A program made the position numbers and the translations under genes. From positions 124,001-188,000 of the IMG/VR virus record IMGVR_UViG_3300046167_000825: 64,000 nucleotides of DNA, one strand, 5' to 3'. The notes under the pieces were generated by a model. That model worked only from the letters and a program-made list of their open reading frames with translations. It ran no database searches and had not been told where the DNA came from. Below, one piece after another: positions 1-9,896 of this stretch. The first letter of the stretch is position 1; the number at the start of each line of letters is the position of its first letter.

Positions 1-11
1 TCCCTAGTTCG

Positions 12-998
12 ATGTGGGAGTTCGATGAACAATCTCAGAGTATCTTCGTGAAACAGCCATTGGGTTTCACGGAGGGTAAGCCCTACATTGGATTGGTTCA
101 TAGCCATGAGGGAATCTTGATGGTGGGGGAGTATCACATTGAGGATGCGAACCAAGAGATTCTTGAGATACGGGAACATTACACAGCCCACATCTCTTAC
201 GCCCCCTCTAGGACAACTCGGACAAAGACTTATCTGAAAAACCAAGAGGTTCTTTCTTCCATCACTTTATTGAATGAAGGAACACCTCCCGTACCCAAGT
301 CGCAGATTGCAGATGCCATCAGAGAAGTCGTCTTTGGTTCGGGTGTTAATATAGTTCAAGATGTCTTGAACAATGACCCCGACTTCTTCTTAAATGACCC
401 TTCCAAGTCTGTCCAGTTCAGAGATCCCAATGAAAGATATGAAAACTTAGAGTTCATTGAGAAGGAACTCGGTTCAGATGAACCCATCACGATTGCTTGC
501 GATGACTTCAACGAGATCGATATCAGAGGCTCAAAGTTCTCAGAGAATGTGGAGGTCGTGAAGCAAACCCCTCAACAAATCGGTCATGTCATGCACTTAT
601 CTGGTGGGGCATATCTAGGGAAGACACTCGGGGGGACAAATGCCGTTCTGTACCCCAATGCTCCCGCCACACAAGTAGGGAAAGGATCAGTCCAACGACA
701 ATGTCTTATTAAACTTAGTGTGAAATCTATTCTGAGAGGGAACACGGAAGAAGCCCTAGAAGAAACAATCCCAACCCCAAATGACGGGGGGTCTTGTGAT
801 ATGGTTCTCACAGATTATGCCAACCTACACACGCACATCGCTCCTTGGGGTACTATGATAGCGTTAGGTCAGAACTCATTGTTGTACGGTGCTAGTTCTG
901 TTCAACCAACTGGCGTGCCAAGTTCTGGCACGGGGGTGACCCTTGAAGGAGGACTCCCTTTACCTCAACCAACCACAACTACAATAACTGTTCCATAA
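12..998 (+). CDS. Virion structural protein, probably the 3' part of a gene starting before the window
   Basis: Long ORF at the window edge, co-oriented with the tail gene block; no SD is visible before position 12. Confidence 0.55.
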   Translation: MWEFDEQSQSIFVKQPLGFTEGKPYIGLVHSHEGILMVGEYHIEDANQEILEIREHYTAHISYAPSRTTRTKTYLKNQEVLSSITLLNEGTPPVPKSQIADAIREVVFGSGVNIVQDVLNNDPDFFLNDPSKSVQFRDPNERYENLEFIEKELGSDEPITIACDDFNEIDIRGSKFSENVEVVKQTPQQIGHVMHLSGGAYLGKTLGGTNAVLYPNAPATQVGKGSVQRQCLIKLSVKSILRGNTEEALEETIPTPNDGGSCDMVLTDYANLHTHIAPWGTMIALGQNSLLYGASSVQPTGVPSSGTGVTLEGGLPLPQPTTTTITVP

Positions 999-1047
999 TT
1001 CTTCTATTGAAAGAAATAGATAACCCCAACACATTGGTGGAGATAAA

Positions 1048-1677
1048 ATGAAAAAAGATAAAATGAATCCTATGCGTGAAAATCTGAATGTCGGTTTCCA
1101 ACTAGCCCCTAGTGAAATTGGACAGTTTGTTAAGAAGGGGAGCATCATATTTGATATGTATGATCACGCAACGGGCGAGAGAACGTACTTCGAGAAAGAC
1201 AATGTCATTACATTGGATGCTGGTATCCACGCTGCTCGTTTATTCAAAGACAATGCCGAACCGAACTTCGGGATGTTTATGTTAGCGTGTGGGACGGGTG
1301 CAACTGGTGCGTTGTTATCCCCCGATGCTCCAGACCCCCGTCAGAGAAAACTCAACAACGAAATTGAAAGAAAAGGTTTCTCAGCAACAACTTTCAGAGA
1401 CTCTTTAGGGAACGCTGTGGCTTACCCCACCAACATTGTGGATTTCACATGCACTTACGGTGAAGCAGAAGCAGTGGGGCCTCTCAACGAAATGGGTTTA
1501 TTATCACCCCTTTCAGAGAACCCAGCCCAAAAGACACCGAACCCAAATAACTTCCCAACTAGAGATACAACAGTGGATGTCACGCAATATGATGTTCTTC
1601 TGAACTATCTCACTTTTGGTGTGATCACCAAGCCCTCAACGGCTACCCTAAGCATTTCCTGGCGAATTACGTTTTAA
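1048..1677 (+). CDS. Tail collar/baseplate-fibre junction protein (DUF3751-like)
   Basis: Pattern NVIT...A.GTG...L.NEI.RK...EAVGPLNEMGL...ITK...ISWRITF is typical of tail-collar proteins; GGAG SD. Confidence 0.65.
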   Translation: MKKDKMNPMRENLNVGFQLAPSEIGQFVKKGSIIFDMYDHATGERTYFEKDNVITLDAGIHAARLFKDNAEPNFGMFMLACGTGATGALLSPDAPDPRQRKLNNEIERKGFSATTFRDSLGNAVAYPTNIVDFTCTYGEAEAVGPLNEMGLLSPLSENPAQKTPNPNNFPTRDTTVDVTQYDVLLNYLTFGVITKPSTATLSISWRITF

Positions 1678-1727
1678 GAGATGTTTGGGATTTTGGGTTT
1701 TTTATAGATTTATGGAGATAGGATAAC

Positions 1728-4700
1728 ATGGCAATACATAAGAAATATTATACGGGTTCGACAGTATCAAGGGATTTGCCCACTGGCGAGCATTCGTTTT
1801 CTCAAGTGGTGTATCAGAGTGGTAAGCCCATTCTCGATGCTGAACTCAACCACGATCAAGATATCAAGCAAGAGATTCAGAAACTCTTAGGAGATGTCCA
1901 TCTTCCCTCTGGGTTCTTCCGTCATCAAACTAGACGGGACAACGAGGCTCAAGATTTTGAGTATGTGGCTGACACCAATACCTTCTTGATAAATAAACTT
2001 CAAGCAGTTGTTGCTGGTTTCCCCCTCACAGTGGAATACACCAACACGAACACAGATGGGAAGAACAAGATTCTTTTAGACCCTTCAACTCCCTTCGATG
2101 GGACTCCCCCAACTTTCAAGAGAACCGATTTCGTTTTCCTTGAAGTGTGGCAGAGTTTGGTTTCTCCTACTCCTTCAGCGAGTGGGTCAGTGCAAGTGGT
2201 TGATTTCTCTACTCTCCTCGCTGGTGATACCATCGTGGTTGTAGACCCGTCAACAGCAACGACAGAAACCTTCACGGCTACTGTCGGTATCCCAGTGGCT
2301 TTCCAGTTCCAAATAGGGGCTGACAACATCACGACAGCAACCAATCTCGCAACAGCGATAGATAATGATTCTACTCTTTGTTATGCGTTCAACCACGCAA
2401 CGGATATGGTGACTATCGTTTCACGAGTGGCTGGTGTTGTGGGTAATGCCTACACGCTCACAAGTTCTACTGCTTCCCTTTTGGCTAGTGGTGTGACCTT
2501 GAGTGGTGGTGGCCCAGATTATACAAATAAGCCCGACCAAAATCACCTTTTCAGACACGGGAACACAGATAGTTCTGTTGCTGTTGCTCTAGCAGATGAT
2601 CTCCAAGATCCAATCATCAACACCGAGAGTGGTAAGCGAGTGCAAGTCCAGTATCGGATTCGTGTGACGGGAAACACAGAGGGAGTCAACTTCAAGAATG
2701 AAGCAAATGGTTTCTCCAACCCAAGTATCTACGCACGAGGAAATGGTGCAAGTCCAGTGGTTGGTTATCGCTTCGTACCCGCAGACGGTACTACGGTCGA
2801 TGCCTCTAGTTCGGCTGTGGCATACGATAAGGTAGACAACGGTTTATACATTGCTGGGGACGGCACAGAGGCTTCTGCAAATGACTTAGGTTCAGTGGAT
2901 GGATTTGTTTATGCCATTCCTATTTGTTTTGTCTTCCGAAAGAATGATTCTAGTATCGGTGGTTTTGACCCAATGAACAATGTTTCGGGTGGTCTTCTTT
3001 CGACACACGGTGGTTTCACCAATACAAATGTTGGTGTCATTCCCGCTGGTGTTTCAGACCGACCCGATGGCTTGTTCCCCGATATTCTAGTTCGGAACGA
3101 TATCCTTGATTTAAGACGGCATGTTTCTCCCAATGGTGTAGACATGGCTGCCGAACTTCAGTATCAAATGAAATGTTTATTAGATGGAAACCTCAGAACT
3201 TGGAGTATAGACAGTGCTGACAAAAACACTTTGGGGGCTGGAACGGGTGATGTTTCAGTCAAACACTTGGTATGCAATGAGATTGGTCGATCCACAACAC
3301 ATGGGGGTTCTGGTTCTATTTCTGGTTCAACAACTCTCAGAGGGGACTTAGTCCGAAACTTTGATCATGTTGCTAGAAGATTTGGAGATCAACCCGTTGT
3401 TGAACGGGCAGTGTGGAGTTTTGTGCCAACCATAACACAAGCCTCAAATGCTGGGCGTTTTGTGGTTCAGAAGCAAGTGGGTGCGAAGTCTTGGGTGGAG
3501 GGTGACAAACTTCATTTGGATTTAACCACACTCAATGCCACGACATTGGGGGACTGGAATCCAGTCACACAATCATTCGGTGGGGCTTCGCCTTCACACA
3601 ATGCCTCCGTGACTGATTTTGCCCCTCCGTTTATGACAATCACAGACATCCTCATTTCTGTCCACGATGATGGACATTACGGAACAGCCATCAATCAAAA
3701 GGTTGAGATTCAATCGGTTGAGGGATTAGGGACAGATTATGTGATTATAACTCTCGATAGAAACGACCGAGTTGCCAATGGTGGTAATCCAGCGAACTTG
3801 GACTATCCTTTAGTTCGTGGAGAAACGGTTGCCGATGTCCATCCAGCACGAAGAATCTTCGTTGAGTATGAAATCACATATCCAGTCGGACATGGTTTGA
3901 CGGACACACCAGATGAAGTTCTCTCTCCCGATCCTTCCGTGTATTCTTACGGGGCAGTGTTGGAGAATGACTTTCAGTATCATGGTGGTGGAACAGACCA
4001 ACGCCCTTCTGACACCGAAGGTTTGATACCCATTGAGTTCCGTGAGGGATATCGTGAGGTAATGTTGGAATATAAAGCCAACAGAGTGGGGACGGGTATT
4101 GGTTCAGCCAATCCCATCACGGATTCATTTGTTAGTTCAGATGCTCTTTCCTTGATTGGTTGGAGAAGGTTTAACAATGATGCCGCCACTTCAATCACAG
4201 ATAGCATCACAACTACTGTCCATACAGTCGATATGCCGAACTCGGAGTTTGGATCTTCTTCAAGAGTCTTAAAACTCGACCCCACTGCTCCTTCTGGGGC
4301 GTTATCTGGAGCACAGACATTGATTGATGTTGAGTATTACGCTCAAGACCCCATCCCCAATCATGGGGCACAAGGATATCAACTCAGTGTTTATTATCGT
4401 AGCAATGCCCCACAGACATGTGGTGTGAAGGCTGGCGATTTAACAACAGACGGCTTGCCGACAACTTTGACAGTGACTCCTTTGGTTATGAGTCACGAGT
4501 TATGGAGTGGGACAGTCGGAATGGGTTCAGTGGAACTACCTTATCCTTACATTGCCCCTCTCGATCAGATTCCCATCAAGGATGACGGTTTTGGGATGGA
4601 AGTGAAGGAATGGTATTTCATGGCGACAGCCAATGTATCAATCGACAACTTCGATGCTGATAGTGGACTCTTGAATCTCCATACTTTCGTGCCAGCAGAT

Positions 4701-5039
4701 GGCACAGCCGATTTCAACTTTAATATCGGAGCACCACACACCACGCAAGTCGATGGTGAGTTCCGTTCGTATTATCATCTCAGTGACCCAACTGCTTATC
4801 GCCCTACGGCTTTTGCACAGAACTTCTCTGGGGTAGTTCGCCATAAGTGTTTCCTTCCTTTCTTAGCGAAGGCGACTGAAGACACAAGATTATTCAGAAA
4901 GGGCGAGGTTCTTCTGATGGTGATTAGTCGGTGGGCTGAACTAGATGGTCAGAACAATGTCGTCTTCTCGGAAGATGATAATCGAACATGTGTCGCTCTG
5001 TACCGAACCAAGAATCTTCTTATCCTATCGGGGGACTAA
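1728..5039 (+). CDS. Large baseplate/tail-associated structural protein
   Basis: N-terminal FSQVVYQSGKPILDAELN motif; G/T/S/D-rich beta composition; paralogue of 9897..15215. Confidence 0.7.
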   Translation: MAIHKKYYTGSTVSRDLPTGEHSFSQVVYQSGKPILDAELNHDQDIKQEIQKLLGDVHLPSGFFRHQTRRDNEAQDFEYVADTNTFLINKLQAVVAGFPLTVEYTNTNTDGKNKILLDPSTPFDGTPPTFKRTDFVFLEVWQSLVSPTPSASGSVQVVDFSTLLAGDTIVVVDPSTATTETFTATVGIPVAFQFQIGADNITTATNLATAIDNDSTLCYAFNHATDMVTIVSRVAGVVGNAYTLTSSTASLLASGVTLSGGGPDYTNKPDQNHLFRHGNTDSSVAVALADDLQDPIINTESGKRVQVQYRIRVTGNTEGVNFKNEANGFSNPSIYARGNGASPVVGYRFVPADGTTVDASSSAVAYDKVDNGLYIAGDGTEASANDLGSVDGFVYAIPICFVFRKNDSSIGGFDPMNNVSGGLLSTHGGFTNTNVGVIPAGVSDRPDGLFPDILVRNDILDLRRHVSPNGVDMAAELQYQMKCLLDGNLRTWSIDSADKNTLGAGTGDVSVKHLVCNEIGRSTTHGGSGSISGSTTLRGDLVRNFDHVARRFGDQPVVERAVWSFVPTITQASNAGRFVVQKQVGAKSWVEGDKLHLDLTTLNATTLGDWNPVTQSFGGASPSHNASVTDFAPPFMTITDILISVHDDGHYGTAINQKVEIQSVEGLGTDYVIITLDRNDRVANGGNPANLDYPLVRGETVADVHPARRIFVEYEITYPVGHGLTDTPDEVLSPDPSVYSYGAVLENDFQYHGGGTDQRPSDTEGLIPIEFREGYREVMLEYKANRVGTGIGSANPITDSFVSSDALSLIGWRRFNNDAATSITDSITTTVHTVDMPNSEFGSSSRVLKLDPTAPSGALSGAQTLIDVEYYAQDPIPNHGAQGYQLSVYYRSNAPQTCGVKAGDLTTDGLPTTLTVTPLVMSHELWSGTVGMGSVELPYPYIAPLDQIPIKDDGFGMEVKEWYFMATANVSIDNFDADSGLLNLHTFVPADGTADFNFNIGAPHTTQVDGEFRSYYHLSDPTAYRPTAFAQNFSGVVRHKCFLPFLAKATEDTRLFRKGEVLLMVISRWAELDGQNNVVFSEDDNRTCVALYRTKNLLILSGD

Positions 5040-5042
5040 CAA

Positions 5043-8000
5043 ATGCCTAGAAAAATAGATCCAAAGAACAAGATTAAAACGGGAACGGGGCTGGCTGGGA
5101 ATGATAGCATTGAAGCCAATGCCTTCCCCGATACCGATCCAAATATGGCAGTGGGTGTTGGGTTGGAAGCCCACATTAAAGACCCCGTTGACGCTCATGA
5201 AGCCTCTGCGATTTCATACGAGAATGAACCCGTGTATTTCGGGGATAATGTCGATGATGTCCTTGATGAGTTGGGTGGGCTTGTGCCTCCCCGACCTCCG
5301 ACTGTTGGGAACTGGAAAACCTATCTAGGTTTCGTGGGGATTACAGATTGGGGTGTCTTGAAACTCAATGATGACACTTTGGATAGTTCATTGTTTGTCC
5401 ACGCCAACATAGGCTCAAGCATTTATCCTTATTATCACAACCCTCCCAAGAGATGGACGGACATCCCTCCCTCTGAACCAAGTGGTGCTGACCTCAGTTC
5501 GGATATGGTGTTCAATGTTTCTGACGGTGCTTACACTGGTGGTGGTGACGGAGTCAGTTTTGCTGGGGGTTACACGAGAGGAACAGACATCAAAGAAACC
5601 CACAATATCTACAAAGACGGGAATGACCATGTGGTTGTTTCGGGTTCTCTTTTCCCAGCAGATAGAGGAACTCTCGCTTTGTTTTATGTACCACCACAAG
5701 GCACTCTAGCAGATGTGGTATGTATTGCTGCTCTCAACTGTGGTCAAGGCATTGAAGATGGTTGTGATGGCGAAACGGGCGGTATATGGAACTACGGACT
5801 CAATGACGACCCTTACCAGTTCCCTTCAGCGGCTAGTGGTCAGTATGATCTCCAAGAGTTGCATACGGGGTATGTCCGTAACAGTGTCACGACAATAACT
5901 TTGATTGAACCCTCAGCCGACCCTAGCATAGCCAATGTCAACTTCGCTGTTCCTCCAACATACATCGTGAGCATTGGCGATAAGATTTACATTGAAGGGA
6001 GTGATTCTACCCCTAGTGTGGATGGGGAACATGAAGTTGTGGGTTTCGGTTTGGGTCTGTATCAGATTGTTGCGACCATCACAGTCAATGGAACAACGGG
6101 GACAGTCGGACAACCCCTTGAGCCAAGTGATTTCAATCCTTCTCTCGCAGATGAGGCTTCTGGTCAAGTTCGTGAGGAATACACCATATTAGGTGGAACA
6201 TCTAGTTCGGTTCTTCCAACAAAAGGTGTGGATTCGAGAGATGACAACAACTTTTTCCGTTATCGGTTGCCTTATCTTGAGAACTACACCGAACTCCTTT
6301 GGACTCCCCCTTCCCAAACAAATAGATATTTCAAGAAACCTCCCGTGTCTCAGAATCCTTCTAGTGATTTAGATTTGGCTGGGAACTACATGGCTTTCAA
6401 TAAAGATTATTGGACATTCCAAGTGGCACGATATCGTCATCGCTTCGCTATCCCAAGTGGGGCGGGTTCTGAAAAGGGTTCTTTCTTCATTATACATTTC
6501 AAGAAAGAAGAATACTTTGAGAACTTGTTGTTGGACACTCTCGCACCAACTGAAGACCAAGTCTATTCTGCGACTTTAACGGATTGGGCTGATTTTGAAA
6601 GCGTGGATAATATCTATACTGTCGATGGGACAACCAAACCTTCTAGTTCGTATAACATCTTGAAATCGAGATTGTTCTCTGACCCAGAAGGGGAAGGCGT
6701 TGTGGTTAATACCCCTCCTTACACTTTGGAACGAACTATCGACACTGTTCTATATGTCAGTGGAATCCGTTACTTCAAGACAACGGCTGGTTTCGGTTTG
6801 AATACCGTCAACTTCACGATGAATAATCTGTTCCTCAACAGTTGGAGAATGGGTGATAAACAAGATGTCACCAAACAAGGGGAAGGCTTTCAAATGCCGA
6901 ATCCTTGTCATTACTTCACGGGGAGTTTCGGGAGAAACCTTTCGGGTGTGACACTCGCTCACGGAGATAGCAAAGGAAATCGCATTGAGATACCCTACAC
7001 TTTGTTGGGTGCATACGATCTAACCAATGCCCCTCTGCCAGCAGATGTTGCTTCTTACACCTCGCCTTCTATCTTCAATGTCGTTGCGACAAGCGAACCC
7101 GTTTTCTCATCGCAAGCGACTCCTATGGTCATTGCTAGACAACCTATCCGACACAAGGATACGAACTACACCGTTGGGGCTTCCGTCTTAGAGAATGCTG
7201 GGAAGAACATTATGGTTCATTCCACTGACGATAGTCTTTATCAAGACTCAACCACACCGATCCACTCGGCTGAACGAGATGTAATGGAGAACTTCCTCGA
7301 TGAGGGTTACCGTTGGATTTGGGATTTAGATGCTTCTGGGACACCCCCAGCAATCACAGCAGACGAGATTACAAGAATCTTGGGTGCTGGACTCCCGACA
7401 ACGGGCGTGATTGATATTCCAGTTCAGATTGGTGCTTCGGCTGTGTACGATGCGGCTAGTTTTATGGTGCAAGGAAGACATTTGAATGTGATTCTCGGAA
7501 CACCAGAGGCTCAGTTCGCGGGACTCCCTTTTAGGAATCCTCCTATGCAAGAAGGGGTTGCTCAACCAAATGCCCCTCGTGGTATCCTCATGTACCCCCA
7601 AAAGAATTACTTTGGGAACTATCGACCGTCTGCCGTTGATGGGGATTTAACCATCGCACAACCAGATTATTCGGGTGCTACTGGTGATAAAGTGTTCATA
7701 AGAGCCTTTGACACAGCGTTCTCCCGTTCGGTTACCCCACTCCCCGAAGCGATTGGGAGTTCCTTCTTCAAACTGAGAATACATGGGCTTCAATTGAATG
7801 ACTTCGCTTGGAGTGGTGGTGCTAGTGCTGGTGGCTTGGGTATCGCTATCCTTGTCAAACTAGCGGGATTAACCACTTGGATGGACATCGGACGAGTTGA
7901 TGGTTCGGGTGCATCCAAACAAGATGCTTTCTCTGATGGGGCTGGTTGTCAAATCAATGACCCCACAGAAACGAAGAATGGTGTTGATTCCTTGACGGGG

Positions 8001-8204
8001 ATTGTTTATGCTGATGTGTTGATACACACGGGTGCAGTGGCAACTCTTTATGACAATGGTCTAGGGGAAGCCCCAATACTTGTGAAGGTTGTTATCAAGG
8101 ACAGTGTGGAAGGTAAGGCATTAAACTTTGAACAAGGTGGTGCGAATGATTACATTGGAAATGCTCGTGGGCTTGTGGGTCTTGAGTTATTACGACCAGA
8201 ATAG
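5043..8204 (+). CDS. Virion structural (tail) protein
   Basis: HIKDPVDAHEASAIS fibre-type motif; starts 3 nt after the upstream structural gene. Confidence 0.65.
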   Translation: MPRKIDPKNKIKTGTGLAGNDSIEANAFPDTDPNMAVGVGLEAHIKDPVDAHEASAISYENEPVYFGDNVDDVLDELGGLVPPRPPTVGNWKTYLGFVGITDWGVLKLNDDTLDSSLFVHANIGSSIYPYYHNPPKRWTDIPPSEPSGADLSSDMVFNVSDGAYTGGGDGVSFAGGYTRGTDIKETHNIYKDGNDHVVVSGSLFPADRGTLALFYVPPQGTLADVVCIAALNCGQGIEDGCDGETGGIWNYGLNDDPYQFPSAASGQYDLQELHTGYVRNSVTTITLIEPSADPSIANVNFAVPPTYIVSIGDKIYIEGSDSTPSVDGEHEVVGFGLGLYQIVATITVNGTTGTVGQPLEPSDFNPSLADEASGQVREEYTILGGTSSSVLPTKGVDSRDDNNFFRYRLPYLENYTELLWTPPSQTNRYFKKPPVSQNPSSDLDLAGNYMAFNKDYWTFQVARYRHRFAIPSGAGSEKGSFFIIHFKKEEYFENLLLDTLAPTEDQVYSATLTDWADFESVDNIYTVDGTTKPSSSYNILKSRLFSDPEGEGVVVNTPPYTLERTIDTVLYVSGIRYFKTTAGFGLNTVNFTMNNLFLNSWRMGDKQDVTKQGEGFQMPNPCHYFTGSFGRNLSGVTLAHGDSKGNRIEIPYTLLGAYDLTNAPLPADVASYTSPSIFNVVATSEPVFSSQATPMVIARQPIRHKDTNYTVGASVLENAGKNIMVHSTDDSLYQDSTTPIHSAERDVMENFLDEGYRWIWDLDASGTPPAITADEITRILGAGLPTTGVIDIPVQIGASAVYDAASFMVQGRHLNVILGTPEAQFAGLPFRNPPMQEGVAQPNAPRGILMYPQKNYFGNYRPSAVDGDLTIAQPDYSGATGDKVFIRAFDTAFSRSVTPLPEAIGSSFFKLRIHGLQLNDFAWSGGASAGGLGIAILVKLAGLTTWMDIGRVDGSGASKQDAFSDGAGCQINDPTETKNGVDSLTGIVYADVLIHTGAVATLYDNGLGEAPILVKVVIKDSVEGKALNFEQGGANDYIGNARGLVGLELLRPE

Positions 8205-8248
8205 TTTGTCTATATTAAAGATTAAGTAAATATTTTAAGGGGTTTGTT

Positions 8249-8989
8249 ATGGGTGCAGAAAGTTTTTTTGATTATGGTCGTGGGCGTGACGCTCGCAGTA
8301 TTTTTAACTACCTCGTATCGGAGGCAGAAGCAGAATACGGTAGTCGAGGCTATACGGGTTCTATTGCCGAAAAAGCGGGTGAGGGATTCTTTGTCGTCAC
8401 ACAAGATGCTAAACCTATGAGTTATTGGCGAAGTGAAGAAGCCCGACAACAATTTGGTGATGGTGAAAAATGGGGGCCAGCACTTGCTGCTCCTTATGCC
8501 GAAGAAGTCGTTAAGGGTTCAAAGGATTACACCATTAAAGTGTCTGCGAGAACAAAGAGTGAGGCAGCCGATTTAGCAAGAGAAGCAATAAAGAACAAAG
8601 GTCGTTCTAAGGCTGGCACAACCATCCAAGTTGACTTAAAGGCTATCAAAAAAGTGAGTGATGCTGGGAAGGCTTCCATCAAGAAAACCAAACTGCGTTA
8701 TCCAGCACAATTTAAAGTGTTATATGATCTGAATGGACAAACTACAGTAGGGCAGACTACTTACGCCAATGTCACGGAAGCAAAGAAAGGCGTTGCAGCG
8801 TTTGCTGCGAAGTTCGTTAACGGTCAAACAAGGTATAATCCCATCGGTATAGTGAAAACCGAAGGTGTTCAAGGTTATGAAGTGACGGCTAGTTCTAAAA
8901 TGCCGAAATGGGAAATAACGGGAACACGGAAACAAGTGGCTGTGGGTCGAGCAATCGGTTGGGTCTTTTGGGGCTGGGCTTCTTCCTAA
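8249..8989 (+). CDS. Phage hypothetical protein (MGA..F / GYTGSIAEK / KWGPA / GWxFxGWASS motifs)
   Basis: Clean 246-aa ORF behind a late-type motif. Confidence 0.6.
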   Translation: MGAESFFDYGRGRDARSIFNYLVSEAEAEYGSRGYTGSIAEKAGEGFFVVTQDAKPMSYWRSEEARQQFGDGEKWGPALAAPYAEEVVKGSKDYTIKVSARTKSEAADLAREAIKNKGRSKAGTTIQVDLKAIKKVSDAGKASIKKTKLRYPAQFKVLYDLNGQTTVGQTTYANVTEAKKGVAAFAAKFVNGQTRYNPIGIVKTEGVQGYEVTASSKMPKWEITGTRKQVAVGRAIGWVFWGWASS

Positions 8990-9007
8990 CAAATAAAGGA
9001 TAGACAA

Positions 9008-9775
9008 ATGAGAGTATCAATAGAACTAATGAAAAACAACATTCTTCAAGGGGAAAAGATTCCCGACATTGGAGAAAGCACACCATACAATGGGAAATAC
9101 GCCATTGAGATACCTTCTTTTGTCAATGTGGATATGGATGAAGGGCAACCGTGTAGTGATTATGTCCTCCCCATTGATGGGGGTGACCTCTACTCAAAAA
9201 TCTTTACGGGTCTCCTCGCCTCGTACCCAATGTATGACAACATCCTTTTCAATCCTCTCTTAAATGAAGGGGATATGGATGACTTGGATATTGTAGGGGT
9301 TATGCCCGATGGTGCAATCACAAGAGCACAGTATGGGCGTGGTTTGGGGCAACCCCCTTATCACACCACCACGCAAGTGGGGACTGCTCCTTGCTCGGTG
9401 GCATTGCTTCCAGCCAATAAATCTGTGACCCCACAGAGAGATGGTTTGTTGATTACATCTACAATGGATATCACAACGGAAACTGCTGGTGCTGGAGCAA
9501 GAGAGTTTATGGTGTATTGGAAGATATATCAGTTTGAATGTACACACGATGTCAATGATGTGGCTAACACTCCCGCCCTCCGTAAGATTCTTGAAGTTGA
9601 TCAAGAGCCATCAGATTTGGAGGTGTTCCTTTCCGTTGATGATGGTGCGAACTACTTCCCAATTGGGCGACTTGAGCCAACGGCTTTCTGTGTTTCTGGT
9701 ACAAAGATTCGAGTGGCTTTTCGGAATACTGGTGATGTGAAGTATTACATTGCTTCTTATGCCGTGATGTTTTAA
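9008..9775 (+). CDS. Putative structural protein
   Basis: Lies in the structural block; AAGGA SD; C-terminal VFLSVDDGANY Asp-box-like motif. Confidence 0.55.
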   Translation: MRVSIELMKNNILQGEKIPDIGESTPYNGKYAIEIPSFVNVDMDEGQPCSDYVLPIDGGDLYSKIFTGLLASYPMYDNILFNPLLNEGDMDDLDIVGVMPDGAITRAQYGRGLGQPPYHTTTQVGTAPCSVALLPANKSVTPQRDGLLITSTMDITTETAGAGAREFMVYWKIYQFECTHDVNDVANTPALRKILEVDQEPSDLEVFLSVDDGANYFPIGRLEPTAFCVSGTKIRVAFRNTGDVKYYIASYAVMF

Positions 9776-9896
9776 TTGGAGTTTCCAGAACCGTTACTAG
9801 ACAAAAAGCCACTACCCAAAGTGGCTTTTTCTGTTGATTGGTAGAATGTCTATATTAAACCAAAGATAGTATATAAAATGTAAATGGAGAAAATCA